Part shown: one piece after another, positions 9,796 through 18,536 of the stretch | Layout of the letters: the number at the start of each line of letters is the position of its first letter | Position numbering within the stretch: position 1 is the stretch's first letter | Assembly (NCBI GenBank): GCA_963799845.1 | Contig: CAWCYI010000004.1 | Coordinates: 352,001 to 416,000, forward strand | From: an uncultured Nitrososphaerota archaeon | GTDB taxonomy: Archaea > Thermoproteota > Nitrososphaeria > Nitrososphaerales > CADDZS01 | Direction: 5' to 3' | DNA length: 64,000 bases | Program-made: the position numbers and the translations under genes | Notes under the pieces: model-generated | The model's database searches: none | What the model was told of the DNA's origin: nothing | Seen by the model: the letters and a program-made list of their open reading frames with translations, nothing else

Positions 9796-10842
9796 TTGGT
9801 TCGGCTCTGGATCGATGCGCTAACTCCGAAACAGGCTCTATTCTCTAAAGCTATGGTCGAAGGCGCCCCTTCTAATTTTGAACTCGTAGTTACGACGAGG
9901 AGTTATTCGGAGCTCAACAGATTTCTACGGAGGATCACTCTAGAATCCGTTTCACTCGGAAGACACGGCGGTGGGGATCTACTTGAAAAACTAAAGGCGA
10001 GTGTGGCTAGGGAAAAGGAACTAATTTCATTTGCCGAGAAATCAAACTTTGATTATTCTTTTTCCTTCATTTCACCAGAGGCAGCCCGGGTCAGTTTTGG
10101 ATTAGGTCTATCGCACTTCATCTCCAGTGATTCGCCCCATGCCAGCGCTCCATCGAGACTCGCAGTTCCTCTCTCAAGACTATTGTTCACACCGTTTCCT
10201 ATTCTGAGAGAAAGATGGACCCAGTACGGACTGAGAAAAAGCCAAGTTTCAAGATACCATGCGCTGGATCCGTGGGCTTGGCTAAAGGATTCAAAGTTTA
10301 GAGCATCCCCGCAGGTCAAGGGGAAAATCTTGATCAGACTAGAAGAGTGGTTTGCTTCCTACTTCAGGCAGGGAAAAGGGATCTCATCGATGTTGCCGAA
10401 GCTACTCGACGGAATTCACAAACTTGGCGATTTCGAAATCACACTGGTTCCAAGGTATGAAGAACAACGAGATTGGGCGAGACGGATGTTTGGGAAGATG
10501 GCGACTGTTCCCTCAGATGCGATAGATGGAGTGGAAGAGGTCAGCAAAACGGATCTCCTTATCGGCGGGGGTGCAACGATGACACAGGAAGCTGCTCTCC
10601 TAGGTGTGCCCAATATTTCCTATTTTCCCTCGGCGGAACTTGACGTTTTTTCCGAGTACTACTTTCCAAAGAAATTATCTGTGGAAGCACGTAATCCGTC
10701 GATACTTCTCAGGAAGACTTTCGAAATCTTGAAAAATCTTGATTCAGAAAAGAAAGATTTCATAGAAAGAGCGCATAATGAGACTTCCACTTTTGAAGAT
10801 CCAATAAGATATGTTTTCGATCATCTGCCTGAACCTAACTAA
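9796..10842 (+). CDS. DUF354 family GT-B fold putative glycosyltransferase
   Basis: WID.LTPKQ..F, G.HGG.....KL, GGGATM..EAALLGVP.I motifs. Confidence 0.85.
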   Translation: MVRLWIDALTPKQALFSKAMVEGAPSNFELVVTTRSYSELNRFLRRITLESVSLGRHGGGDLLEKLKASVAREKELISFAEKSNFDYSFSFISPEAARVSFGLGLSHFISSDSPHASAPSRLAVPLSRLLFTPFPILRERWTQYGLRKSQVSRYHALDPWAWLKDSKFRASPQVKGKILIRLEEWFASYFRQGKGISSMLPKLLDGIHKLGDFEITLVPRYEEQRDWARRMFGKMATVPSDAIDGVEEVSKTDLLIGGGATMTQEAALLGVPNISYFPSAELDVFSEYYFPKKLSVEARNPSILLRKTFEILKNLDSEKKDFIERAHNETSTFEDPIRYVFDHLPEPN

Positions 10843-10869
10843 TGCGTCTACGATCTCTGGGAGACAACA

Positions 10870-12081
10870 ATGATTCCTATCGTCGGGACTGTAGCTTCGG
10901 TCATCTCCTTACTTTCTGTCTTGGGTTCGGTATCGATTCTCATCTATCTTTTGACAACGGAGCTGGAAGCTCCCAAATTCACCCACCAATCAAGTGCAAA
11001 AACGCAAAATGGAACACCGATGTCAAAAGTTTCTGTCATTGTCACGGCACGAAACGAAGAACAAATGATCGAGAATTGTCTGAATTCTCTAGCTAGTCAG
11101 ACTTCCAAGAATATGGAAATAATAGTTGTCGATGATTCTTCAACAGACCGGACGGCTGAAATCGTCACAATAGCAATGTCGAGGGACGATAAATTGCGTC
11201 TAATCCATGCAGGTCAGAAACCAGAAGGATGGGTTGGCAAGAGCTGGCCTTGCTGGAGGGGATTTGAAGAGTCGAGAGGAGATTTCCTCTTGTTTGTTGA
11301 TGCAGATTCTACGTTTGAAGCGACGGTTGTTGAGCGTAGCCTTTCCTATGCAACCAGAGAATCAATCGACGTGTTTTCTCTCTCCCCTAGAATCAAAGTG
11401 CATAGCGTGTGGGCAAAGACTGTCCTTCCGCTCGTCTCCGGCGCGATCAATTTTCTCTATCCGATGAAGAAAGTGAACGATAAGAAAAGCAAGAGAGCGT
11501 ACGTATTTGGCACCTTTATCCTTGTAAGAAAAAGTGTGTACGAGAAAACAGGAGGACATAAGCAGGTCCGGGATCAAATTGTCGAGGACGCCGCGATTGC
11601 GCAGCTTGTGAAATCTTTGGGATTTAACTTGAGAATCGAAAGGGGACCAGAATTCCTTTCGACGGAGTGGGAAAATGATCTTGGAAACATCTTCAACGGT
11701 TTGGAACGGGTGACTTCGACTTCCATCAAAACTTATGGATTGAAATCGATTCTGAACGCTGTCCTTCTATTTTTCCTCATAATCTATCCAATAATATTTC
11801 TTCTTGCGTTTCTCGCGAGTCGCAATTTCAATGAAATTCTTGTTCTAGGAGCAATTGCAAGTTTATTGAACGTCATAGTTTTCATGAGCCTAGGTGCTTT
11901 TGAGATGAAAACGGTTACAGGAAAAATCGGGCCATCAATTTTCATTTATTTCCTAGGTGGAATCATTTTCATTACGGCTATTATTACAACTTCTTTCAAA
12001 GTCGCGCTCGGGAAGGGAATCTACTGGAAGGGCCAAGGTTACAACCAGTCGCCTAACCGATCTATCAAAGAAAGGAGTTGA
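10870..12081 (+). CDS. family 2 glycosyltransferase, membrane-bound (CrtQ/HpnB/CruC-like subgroup)
   Basis: SVIVTARNEE, VDDSSTD, PEGWVGKSWPC, FVDAD, EDAAIA, C-terminal TMs and WKG. Confidence 0.9.
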   Translation: MIPIVGTVASVISLLSVLGSVSILIYLLTTELEAPKFTHQSSAKTQNGTPMSKVSVIVTARNEEQMIENCLNSLASQTSKNMEIIVVDDSSTDRTAEIVTIAMSRDDKLRLIHAGQKPEGWVGKSWPCWRGFEESRGDFLLFVDADSTFEATVVERSLSYATRESIDVFSLSPRIKVHSVWAKTVLPLVSGAINFLYPMKKVNDKKSKRAYVFGTFILVRKSVYEKTGGHKQVRDQIVEDAAIAQLVKSLGFNLRIERGPEFLSTEWENDLGNIFNGLERVTSTSIKTYGLKSILNAVLLFFLIIYPIIFLLAFLASRNFNEILVLGAIASLLNVIVFMSLGAFEMKTVTGKIGPSIFIYFLGGIIFITAIITTSFKVALGKGIYWKGQGYNQSPNRSIKERS

Positions 12082-12143
12082 ACAAGTTTCGAAGCGATTT
12101 AAGCGAATACCTCATTAACAGCCAATTATCTATTTTCAGAAAA

Positions 12144-12369
12144 ATGGATATCAAGAAAGCTCCTCTCTTAGACAAAGAGCTGACGAAAGAAGAGAGTCGA
12201 AACAGTACTCAGGGCACTCGGAATGTATCAAATTCATTTGTATGATGAAATGAAACTAAAACCAGAATCCGTTGCTACTCTTCAATTAGAATCGAAACGT
12301 ACTTCTCAAGCGATCAAGAAAATTCATGGTACAATAGAACAGAAAGGAAACAGCGAAATAAGCGGTTGA
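12144..12369 (+). CDS. small hypothetical protein (needs removal of one base near 12195)
   Basis: MDIKKAPLLDKELTKEE/VETVLRALGMYQIHLYDEMK...EISG* reads as a helical protein once one base is removed. Confidence 0.4.
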
Positions 12370-12370
12370 C

Positions 12371-14581
12371 CTATTGATTTTTTGAGGAAGATTCGACGGG
12401 TTCCAAATCTCCATGGCTCTTATTTGCTTTTGTCAAGTTTCTAAAGTAGAAGTTTTCAGCATATTCTGTGACCATTCTGCTCGAGCTGAATCTTGGAGTA
12501 AGACTCGACATTGAATGCTTTATCCTGTCTATCCACTTCAAGGGAACACCGTTAGTTCTCTCATAGTATTCCGGAATTACATGGTTTTGCAAGATATCGA
12601 ACAACGACTCGGCATCTTGTCTGTCTTGTAAAATTGGATTTGATGTGTCGGCGCCCGTTCCAATAGCCCACCCATTCGAAGGAGTATAAGCCTCATCCCA
12701 CCAACCATCGAGGATACTCAGGTTGAGCCCGCCGTTGCAGAGGACCTTCATCCCACTGGTTCCAGAAGCTTCCAGAGGTCGCCGCGGATTATTCAGCCAG
12801 AGATCAACTCCCTGAACCATATTTCTAGCGACCGTGATGTCGTAATCTTGCAGAAAAACAATTTTCCCAATCGCCAAATCCCTGTTTGCAAATGAAATAA
12901 TCTCCTGAATTAACTTCTTCCCATCGTGATCTCTGGGATGAGCTTTCCCGGAGAAAACAAACTGCACCGGTCTCTCCTTGTCCAAGAGTAACTGTTCCAG
13001 TCGGGAGTGGTCCGAAAATAACAAGGTCGCCCGTTTGTAAGTGGCAAACCTACGCGCGAATCCAATCGTCAGGGCTTGTTGATTCAAAGAAGGGCGAACG
13101 GTTGGAACTTTCCGGCTGACATATTCCATGAGACGAATCTTTGCTTCAATTCTTGCTTTCCATAGTTTCTCAGCAGGGATTTGTGATATCGGGCGCCACA
13201 CACTCTGCTTCCAAGTTTCGCTCACCCAACTCTTGCCAAGATATTCATCGAGAAGATTTGCCATAGAGTCGGAAATCCACGAAGGTACGTGAACGCCATT
13301 CGTGACCGAGCGCATTCGCGGGCCTGCCCTTGAAGTACCTTTCACCTTGTGGTCTTGATCCTCAAAATCGAAATCCTCCTCCGACAGAACCCTTTCCCAG
13401 AGTTTTCGGGCAACATGCCTGTGCAGGTTTGAAACTCCGTTAATCATCGAGGAGCTTCTGATCGCTAGAACCGCCATGTTGAATCCCGAAGATTCTGGCA
13501 TTTCCTGACCTAGAGAAAATAGGTCATCCATGCTTATCCCTAGTCTTTTTGGATATTGTGAAAGATAATGTTCAATTTGTCCTCGCGTGAAAATATCAAT
13601 TCCAGCTGGCACGGGCGTGTGAGTCGTGAACACACCCGAATTCCTGATAATGGAGCGTGCTTCCGCAAATGATCTCTTAACTTCCTTGTCTTCGAGAACC
13701 TCGGCCATCCTTTCCAGGGCTACAAAACTCGAATGACCTTCATTCATATGATAGACCGAGGGCCTTATGCCGTGCAAACGTAGAAATTTCGCCCCGCCGA
13801 AACCGAGAATTATTTCCTGTTTGATTCTTGTGTCAGTATCTCCTCCGTAAAGCTCTGCTGTGATTTCGCAGTCCTCAGACGAATTCTGACTAGGGATATT
13901 CGTGTCCAAAAGATACAGCGGAATTTTTCCAATTTGAGCTCTCCAAGCTCTTACTTTCACCTCACGATCAGCCAGGGAAACCGAAAAAATAAGAGGGTCT
14001 TCCGAGTCTGACTTCAGGACTGATTCGATTGGAAGCATTGATGGATCATTAGTCGGATAATGCTCCACCTGCCATCCGTCTGAATTGATTACTTGGGAGA
14101 AATACCCCTTCTTGTAGAAGAGTCCGACTCCGACAAGCGGAACACAAAGGTCTGAGGCAGACTTTAGATGATCGCCAGATAGCACGCCGAGCCCCCCGGA
14201 GTATATCTTGAGAAAAGATGCTACTCCAAATTCAGCTGAAAAATATGCGACGAGACCCCCATTCACAGGATCTTCGAACGTTTGCTTAAACCAGCAATTC
14301 GCATTCTCTGACAGATAGTTGTCTTGCAGCGCCGACAGTACTTCCAGCTTTGAAATAAACCCTGAATCGGACTTCAGTTCTTCAAGCCTGGCCGACGAAA
14401 CCGCATTTAGTAACGCCACTGAATTATGATTAGTTTCTTCCCAGAGGACCGGATCAATTGTCTCGAAAAGATTCCTGAGATGCCTATTCCACGTAGAGTA
14501 GAGGTTTGAGGCTAAAAATCCCAGAGCTTCGAGTTCCTTCGGTAATATTGGAATATTGTGAATTTTCTTCGAAGAAATCAA
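12371..14581 (-). CDS. glgP: alpha-glucan (glycogen/maltodextrin) phosphorylase
   Basis: YFSAEFG, YSGGLGVLSGD.LKSASD, HMNEGH, FTTHTPVPAG, ARRFATYKR, EASGTSGMK (PLP lysine). Confidence 0.97.
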   Translation of the reverse strand: MISSKKIHNIPILPKELEALGFLASNLYSTWNRHLRNLFETIDPVLWEETNHNSVALLNAVSSARLEELKSDSGFISKLEVLSALQDNYLSENANCWFKQTFEDPVNGGLVAYFSAEFGVASFLKIYSGGLGVLSGDHLKSASDLCVPLVGVGLFYKKGYFSQVINSDGWQVEHYPTNDPSMLPIESVLKSDSEDPLIFSVSLADREVKVRAWRAQIGKIPLYLLDTNIPSQNSSEDCEITAELYGGDTDTRIKQEIILGFGGAKFLRLHGIRPSVYHMNEGHSSFVALERMAEVLEDKEVKRSFAEARSIIRNSGVFTTHTPVPAGIDIFTRGQIEHYLSQYPKRLGISMDDLFSLGQEMPESSGFNMAVLAIRSSSMINGVSNLHRHVARKLWERVLSEEDFDFEDQDHKVKGTSRAGPRMRSVTNGVHVPSWISDSMANLLDEYLGKSWVSETWKQSVWRPISQIPAEKLWKARIEAKIRLMEYVSRKVPTVRPSLNQQALTIGFARRFATYKRATLLFSDHSRLEQLLLDKERPVQFVFSGKAHPRDHDGKKLIQEIISFANRDLAIGKIVFLQDYDITVARNMVQGVDLWLNNPRRPLEASGTSGMKVLCNGGLNLSILDGWWDEAYTPSNGWAIGTGADTSNPILQDRQDAESLFDILQNHVIPEYYERTNGVPLKWIDRIKHSMSSLTPRFSSSRMVTEYAENFYFRNLTKANKSHGDLEPVESSSKNQ

Positions 14582-14665
14582 AGATCGCGGCTAACGCTCT
14601 GAAAAGAATCCACCGAGAATCGATAATATAGTTTTAGAATCAAGGTTGTGTCCAGCTTGACAGAT

Positions 14666-14899
14666 CTACTCAGTGCAGAGATTTTCGTAGTATCGGCAAA
14701 TGTAGAATTCTTTTATGAATTCTGAAACCCATTTCTCCGGATCAACAATTGTTCCATATGTCACCCGAATGTCGAAGTACCGAATTTTTCTTTCGGACTC
14801 CCTTTCGTGTGAGAAGAACGTTGTGTTCTCAGGCGGAAGTGGATCCGAGAAACAAATGAAATAATAATCGCGCTGAATCAGTTTCCGAACAATTGGCAT
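14666..14899 (-). CDS. hypothetical protein or gene remnant
   Basis: 77-aa ORF in an otherwise empty intergenic stretch, no recognisable motif. Confidence 0.25.
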   Translation of the reverse strand: MPIVRKLIQRDYYFICFSDPLPPENTTFFSHERESERKIRYFDIRVTYGTIVDPEKWVSEFIKEFYICRYYENLCTE

Positions 14900-15007
14900 T
14901 CCTCAGAATTTTTGTTTCTCAAGCATTTCGTCATCAGAAAACGAAAATTAAGTTAGGTCGTTTGTCTGCCACTAAATTAACGTGAATAGCTTAGATTCCA
15001 TGTTATC

Positions 15008-15271
15008 CTAGAGAGCGTTTATATTGCAGTTTTCATTGATTCATTAAGAAAAAATTTTTCTGCGTTTCACACGCGGGCGTGCTTTTTCACTGAAGAGTGA
15101 CGTTCAAGCTCTGTAAGCTCAGAAGAGCTCGTTTCGAGCTGAATGGAGCTTAGAGAGCTCAGAACGAATTGAACGGAGGCATGAAGAAAGTTGTGACGGA
15201 GAGGGGCCCCTAGGGGAGTTCTGCAACCGTGCACGTGTACTCTGCAGATTGCTTTCTAACAGCTCGTTTCA
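15008..15271 (-). repeat. dispersed modular palindromic repeat, copy 1 (modules A-B-C)
   Basis: Reverse complement aligns to 41653-41728 (~90% by hand) and 41922-42003 (5 mismatches in 82 nt), then more loosely to 42094. Confidence 0.92.
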
Positions 15272-15447
15272 CTTAGTCTGAAGCTCGAACAACCGAGTTC
15301 ATACAACTTGAAATCACCAAGCATCGGAGTGACTTCTATATTTTCATGAAAAAGATCAAGCTCGGCAAAATCTTTGTCATATTTCAGACTTCAGAAATTT
15401 GGTCCAAATGCACGACTTTACTGATTTGCAACTTAGACTATTTTCCG

Positions 15448-16323
15448 TCAGATTATTGAGCTGATTATCATTCCGCCAAAAAGGATGAAGAGATATGGAA
15501 GCGATATCAGAAATGCCCTGAACCCATTATCAACCGTGGGATTTTTCAGCATGCGATAATCAACCACGACGAATGCGGCGCCCATCACTATCGCAACAGC
15601 ATAGTAGAATACATCGAAGGTTCCGAGGGCGTGGATCGCGAGCGGAAGTATCGAGAACACTAGGAGAGGAATAGTTGACCAGACTATCCAGTTGATCACC
15701 TCCTTCTGATTTTTCACGACCGGAAGCATCGGGTATCCGGATCTTACGTAATCATCCTTGAATTTCAAAGACAGCCCCCAGAAGTGTGGGGGCGTCCACA
15801 GGAAAACAAGCAAGCCTATGAATATTGAAGGCCATCCGATGCTGTTTCTTATAGCGGCCCAACCCGCGAGCGCCGGGAATACTCCGGCAATTCCACCGAT
15901 CACGATATTCCAGTACGTTCTCGGTTTTAGATAAAGCGTGTACAGGAAAAGGTAGGAAACACTTCCCAGAAAAATCATCAATGCCGTAACGAAGTTAAAC
16001 AGGAAAAACGCGACGGTGAGCCCTAGGCCTATTGATACTACTCCAAAAATCAGCGCGTTCATGGGGGCAATTCTATTGGTCGCAACTGGACGCTGGTCAG
16101 TCCGGCTCATCAATTTGTCTTTGTTTCTTTCAAGATAGTGATTGAGCGCGGCAGAGCCTCCAGACGACAGAATTCCTGCGACGGTGATTCCTGCTATCGC
16201 ACCGAGCTGGGTCGATCTGCCGCCCGCTACAATCATGGCGGTGATGGCTTCCAGAACTAGAAGCACCATTATGCCGGGCTTCGTCAGCTGAACGTATTTT
16301 GTGATGGTTTCCTGCAGTTGCAT
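15448..16323 (-). CDS. cyoE: protoheme IX farnesyltransferase (heme O synthase)
   Basis: LTKPG, N...E...D..M.RT..RP, YT.YLKPRT.WNIVIGG.AG, WTPPHFW.L, DY...G.PMLP. Confidence 0.95.
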   Translation of the reverse strand: MQLQETITKYVQLTKPGIMVLLVLEAITAMIVAGGRSTQLGAIAGITVAGILSSGGSAALNHYLERNKDKLMSRTDQRPVATNRIAPMNALIFGVVSIGLGLTVAFFLFNFVTALMIFLGSVSYLFLYTLYLKPRTYWNIVIGGIAGVFPALAGWAAIRNSIGWPSIFIGLLVFLWTPPHFWGLSLKFKDDYVRSGYPMLPVVKNQKEVINWIVWSTIPLLVFSILPLAIHALGTFDVFYYAVAIVMGAAFVVVDYRMLKNPTVDNGFRAFLISLPYLFILFGGMIISSII

Positions 16324-16335
16324 CTGTGAGCACTT

Positions 16336-17238
16336 CTAAACGGTACAACCGAGCAAAATGGTCCTGATACTTTTAGCCTGCCAAAATATCGACCCCAGAA
16401 GTAAGGGAATGGACAGCACAATGATTACCGGCTGATACTGTGAAATTACGAGCGAGAAGGCAGTCGCTCCGCTCCCTGCAATCATCGATAGGAAAAAGAC
16501 GGCCGCGCATGTCGGACAGCCAGCAAACAGCCCGAATGCAGCACCGAGAGCTCCTCCCATTAAAGAACTCTTACGAAATTGTGGTGAAACTTTCGACTCT
16601 TGTTTCAACGATCTCGTTTTTCTTACCGAGACAACAATAAGCGAAACATTCACTCCGACCAGTAACGATACAAGCACCATAATCAGAACTGAAATTGGTA
16701 TTAGCTGAATCCCAAAGTGCTGGGCCGGAAAGTAGACCAGACCAACCGGGATGTATCCTGGAGGACCACAACAAGTTTCGACGAAGGCCGAAGGGTTAGC
16801 AACGCCGTACGCGGAAGGGAAATCAACTGTAGGTTGATAAATCAAGATTGCGTCCACAAAGGCAAAGAATATTCCATAAACGATTCCGGAAATAGCAATG
16901 ATCAGCCCTTGTTGAAAAACCGCATCCGAGATAATTCTCCTTATGCTCCAGCTTACTCGCGAATTGCTGTCGACGGACATCGGTCTCCTTCTTTGAGCTT
17001 GAAGAAAAGACAATGCGCCGTACAATATGAGAATAGATCCAGCACACAACAGAACTAGCGACAAATCAGGGTAAAATGGTGAGGAATCAGAAGTGAGGAA
17101 CGCCGATTTGTTTTCAGCGTAAATAACATTCAAAGCGATAAAAAAAAACAATGCTACAACTAACGAAAGCTTTGCCCCAAGATAATTTTGCGTGGTACTT
17201 TTCTCTTGTTTCTGTTCATTCGATATATTCTCACTCAA
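16336..17238 (-). CDS. polytopic membrane protein with CC and CPTC motifs
   Basis: ~6 TM; ETCCGPPG and AGCPTCAA motifs; 12 nt upstream of cyoE. Confidence 0.75.
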   Translation of the reverse strand: MSENISNEQKQEKSTTQNYLGAKLSLVVALFFFIALNVIYAENKSAFLTSDSSPFYPDLSLVLLCAGSILILYGALSFLQAQRRRPMSVDSNSRVSWSIRRIISDAVFQQGLIIAISGIVYGIFFAFVDAILIYQPTVDFPSAYGVANPSAFVETCCGPPGYIPVGLVYFPAQHFGIQLIPISVLIMVLVSLLVGVNVSLIVVSVRKTRSLKQESKVSPQFRKSSLMGGALGAAFGLFAGCPTCAAVFFLSMIAGSGATAFSLVISQYQPVIIVLSIPLLLGSIFWQAKSIRTILLGCTV

Positions 17239-17264
17239 TTCGACGCACTCAGCTTGAAAAGAGC

Positions 17265-17759
17265 TTATGTCGGTTTGGTCACGTCAAATTTAGTATCAAC
17301 CTTGATCATTCCGGTGGCAAGATGAATTTCGGCTTCCCGGACACCGGGGATCGATTTTATCTTCTGCGAAGCTTCGTTCATCGAGTCCATGCTCGGATAG
17401 TGAGCTACCACGATCAAGTCGTGCTTTCCCGTGGCTTGCAAAATATGTTTGGTCTCCTCAAGAACAGCGAGTCTTTCAAAAACGTCCTTCAGCTGGTTTG
17501 GTTCTGTAGTTATCATCATTATCGCCGCAAAAGGAAGGCCGATCAATCTAGGATTCAACAGCGCGGTGAATTCCTTTATGACGCCACTTTTCCTCAGTCT
17601 CTCTATCCTGTAGCGTATGGTATTTTCGTTATAGCCTGTTCTTCTTGAAATCTCAGAAGCAGAGGCCCGCGCATCATCCTGCAAAATCGTTAGCAACTTT
17701 CTATCCAAATCGTCTAGGCTGGGCTGTTTGGATTTTTCCTCGATTACAGTTTCAGTCAA
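17265..17759 (-). CDS. Lrp/AsnC family transcriptional regulator
   Basis: LDDLDRKLL.ILQ.DAR...EI.......T.R.RI.RL...GVI HTH plus RAM domain. Confidence 0.93.
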   Translation of the reverse strand: MTETVIEEKSKQPSLDDLDRKLLTILQDDARASASEISRRTGYNENTIRYRIERLRKSGVIKEFTALLNPRLIGLPFAAIMMITTEPNQLKDVFERLAVLEETKHILQATGKHDLIVVAHYPSMDSMNEASQKIKSIPGVREAEIHLATGMIKVDTKFDVTKPT

Positions 17760-17782
17760 TGGTCGTTCAAACCACCCAAATC

Positions 17783-18451
17783 TTACGAAATAGTCCTCTT
17801 CCCCTGCCGGTTAGTAGAGTAGGGAGCACTCTTATCGTTGATAATGTTTCTTTCATCAATAAGCGACGTGAGAGTTTTCATTATTTCGTAATGAATTATC
17901 CCCACATCCTGCACAGCATCAATGGTAAACCAGTTCGGCCGCAAAGCCAAGGCGTCATAGACCTCGGAAACACGATTCAGAAAATTGAGATTGGCTTCAA
18001 ATCTATCTCTTGAAGTTTTTCGCATTACCGAGATATCTGGAGAAATTTTGAGATAAAAGATATAATCCGATTTCGGCATACGTCCCTCTAGTTGATCCAG
18101 CCAGAGAAGAGGCAGGCCGTCAGCGACTCCATACGCAATATTTGACTCGCAGTATCGGTTGAGTACGACGATCTTTTTTTCAGAAATCCACCGGTCGATG
18201 GATGGTTTTAGTTCATATCGATTGGCAGAGTAAAGCAGGTGTCTTGTCTCAGCGCCGTATTCATGCTTCCCCATCAGGTAATTCTTGATCTCTTGACCTA
18301 TCGGCGAAGAGTAAAACGGGAAACTCACGTATTCACAGGGAATGCCCTTTTCTCTCAAAACATCAAAGAGCATTCTCGACTGGGTATTTTTACCCGAGGC
18401 ATCTATACCCTCGAAACTTACCAGCACCCCGGTCTCGGTAAACTTGTTCAA
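17783..18451 (-). CDS. tmk: thymidylate kinase
   Basis: FEGIDASGKNTQ P-loop, LLYSANR, NRY..SN.AY. Confidence 0.93.
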   Translation of the reverse strand: MNKFTETGVLVSFEGIDASGKNTQSRMLFDVLREKGIPCEYVSFPFYSSPIGQEIKNYLMGKHEYGAETRHLLYSANRYELKPSIDRWISEKKIVVLNRYCESNIAYGVADGLPLLWLDQLEGRMPKSDYIFYLKISPDISVMRKTSRDRFEANLNFLNRVSEVYDALALRPNWFTIDAVQDVGIIHYEIMKTLTSLIDERNIINDKSAPYSTNRQGKRTIS

Positions 18452-18536
18452 CCGCTTGGGCTCTTGAGCTCTCGGCTCATAAAAGGATTGAATTCAGCTA
18501 TTTAACAGGCGGGATGCGAATTCGAGTGGCAGAGAT

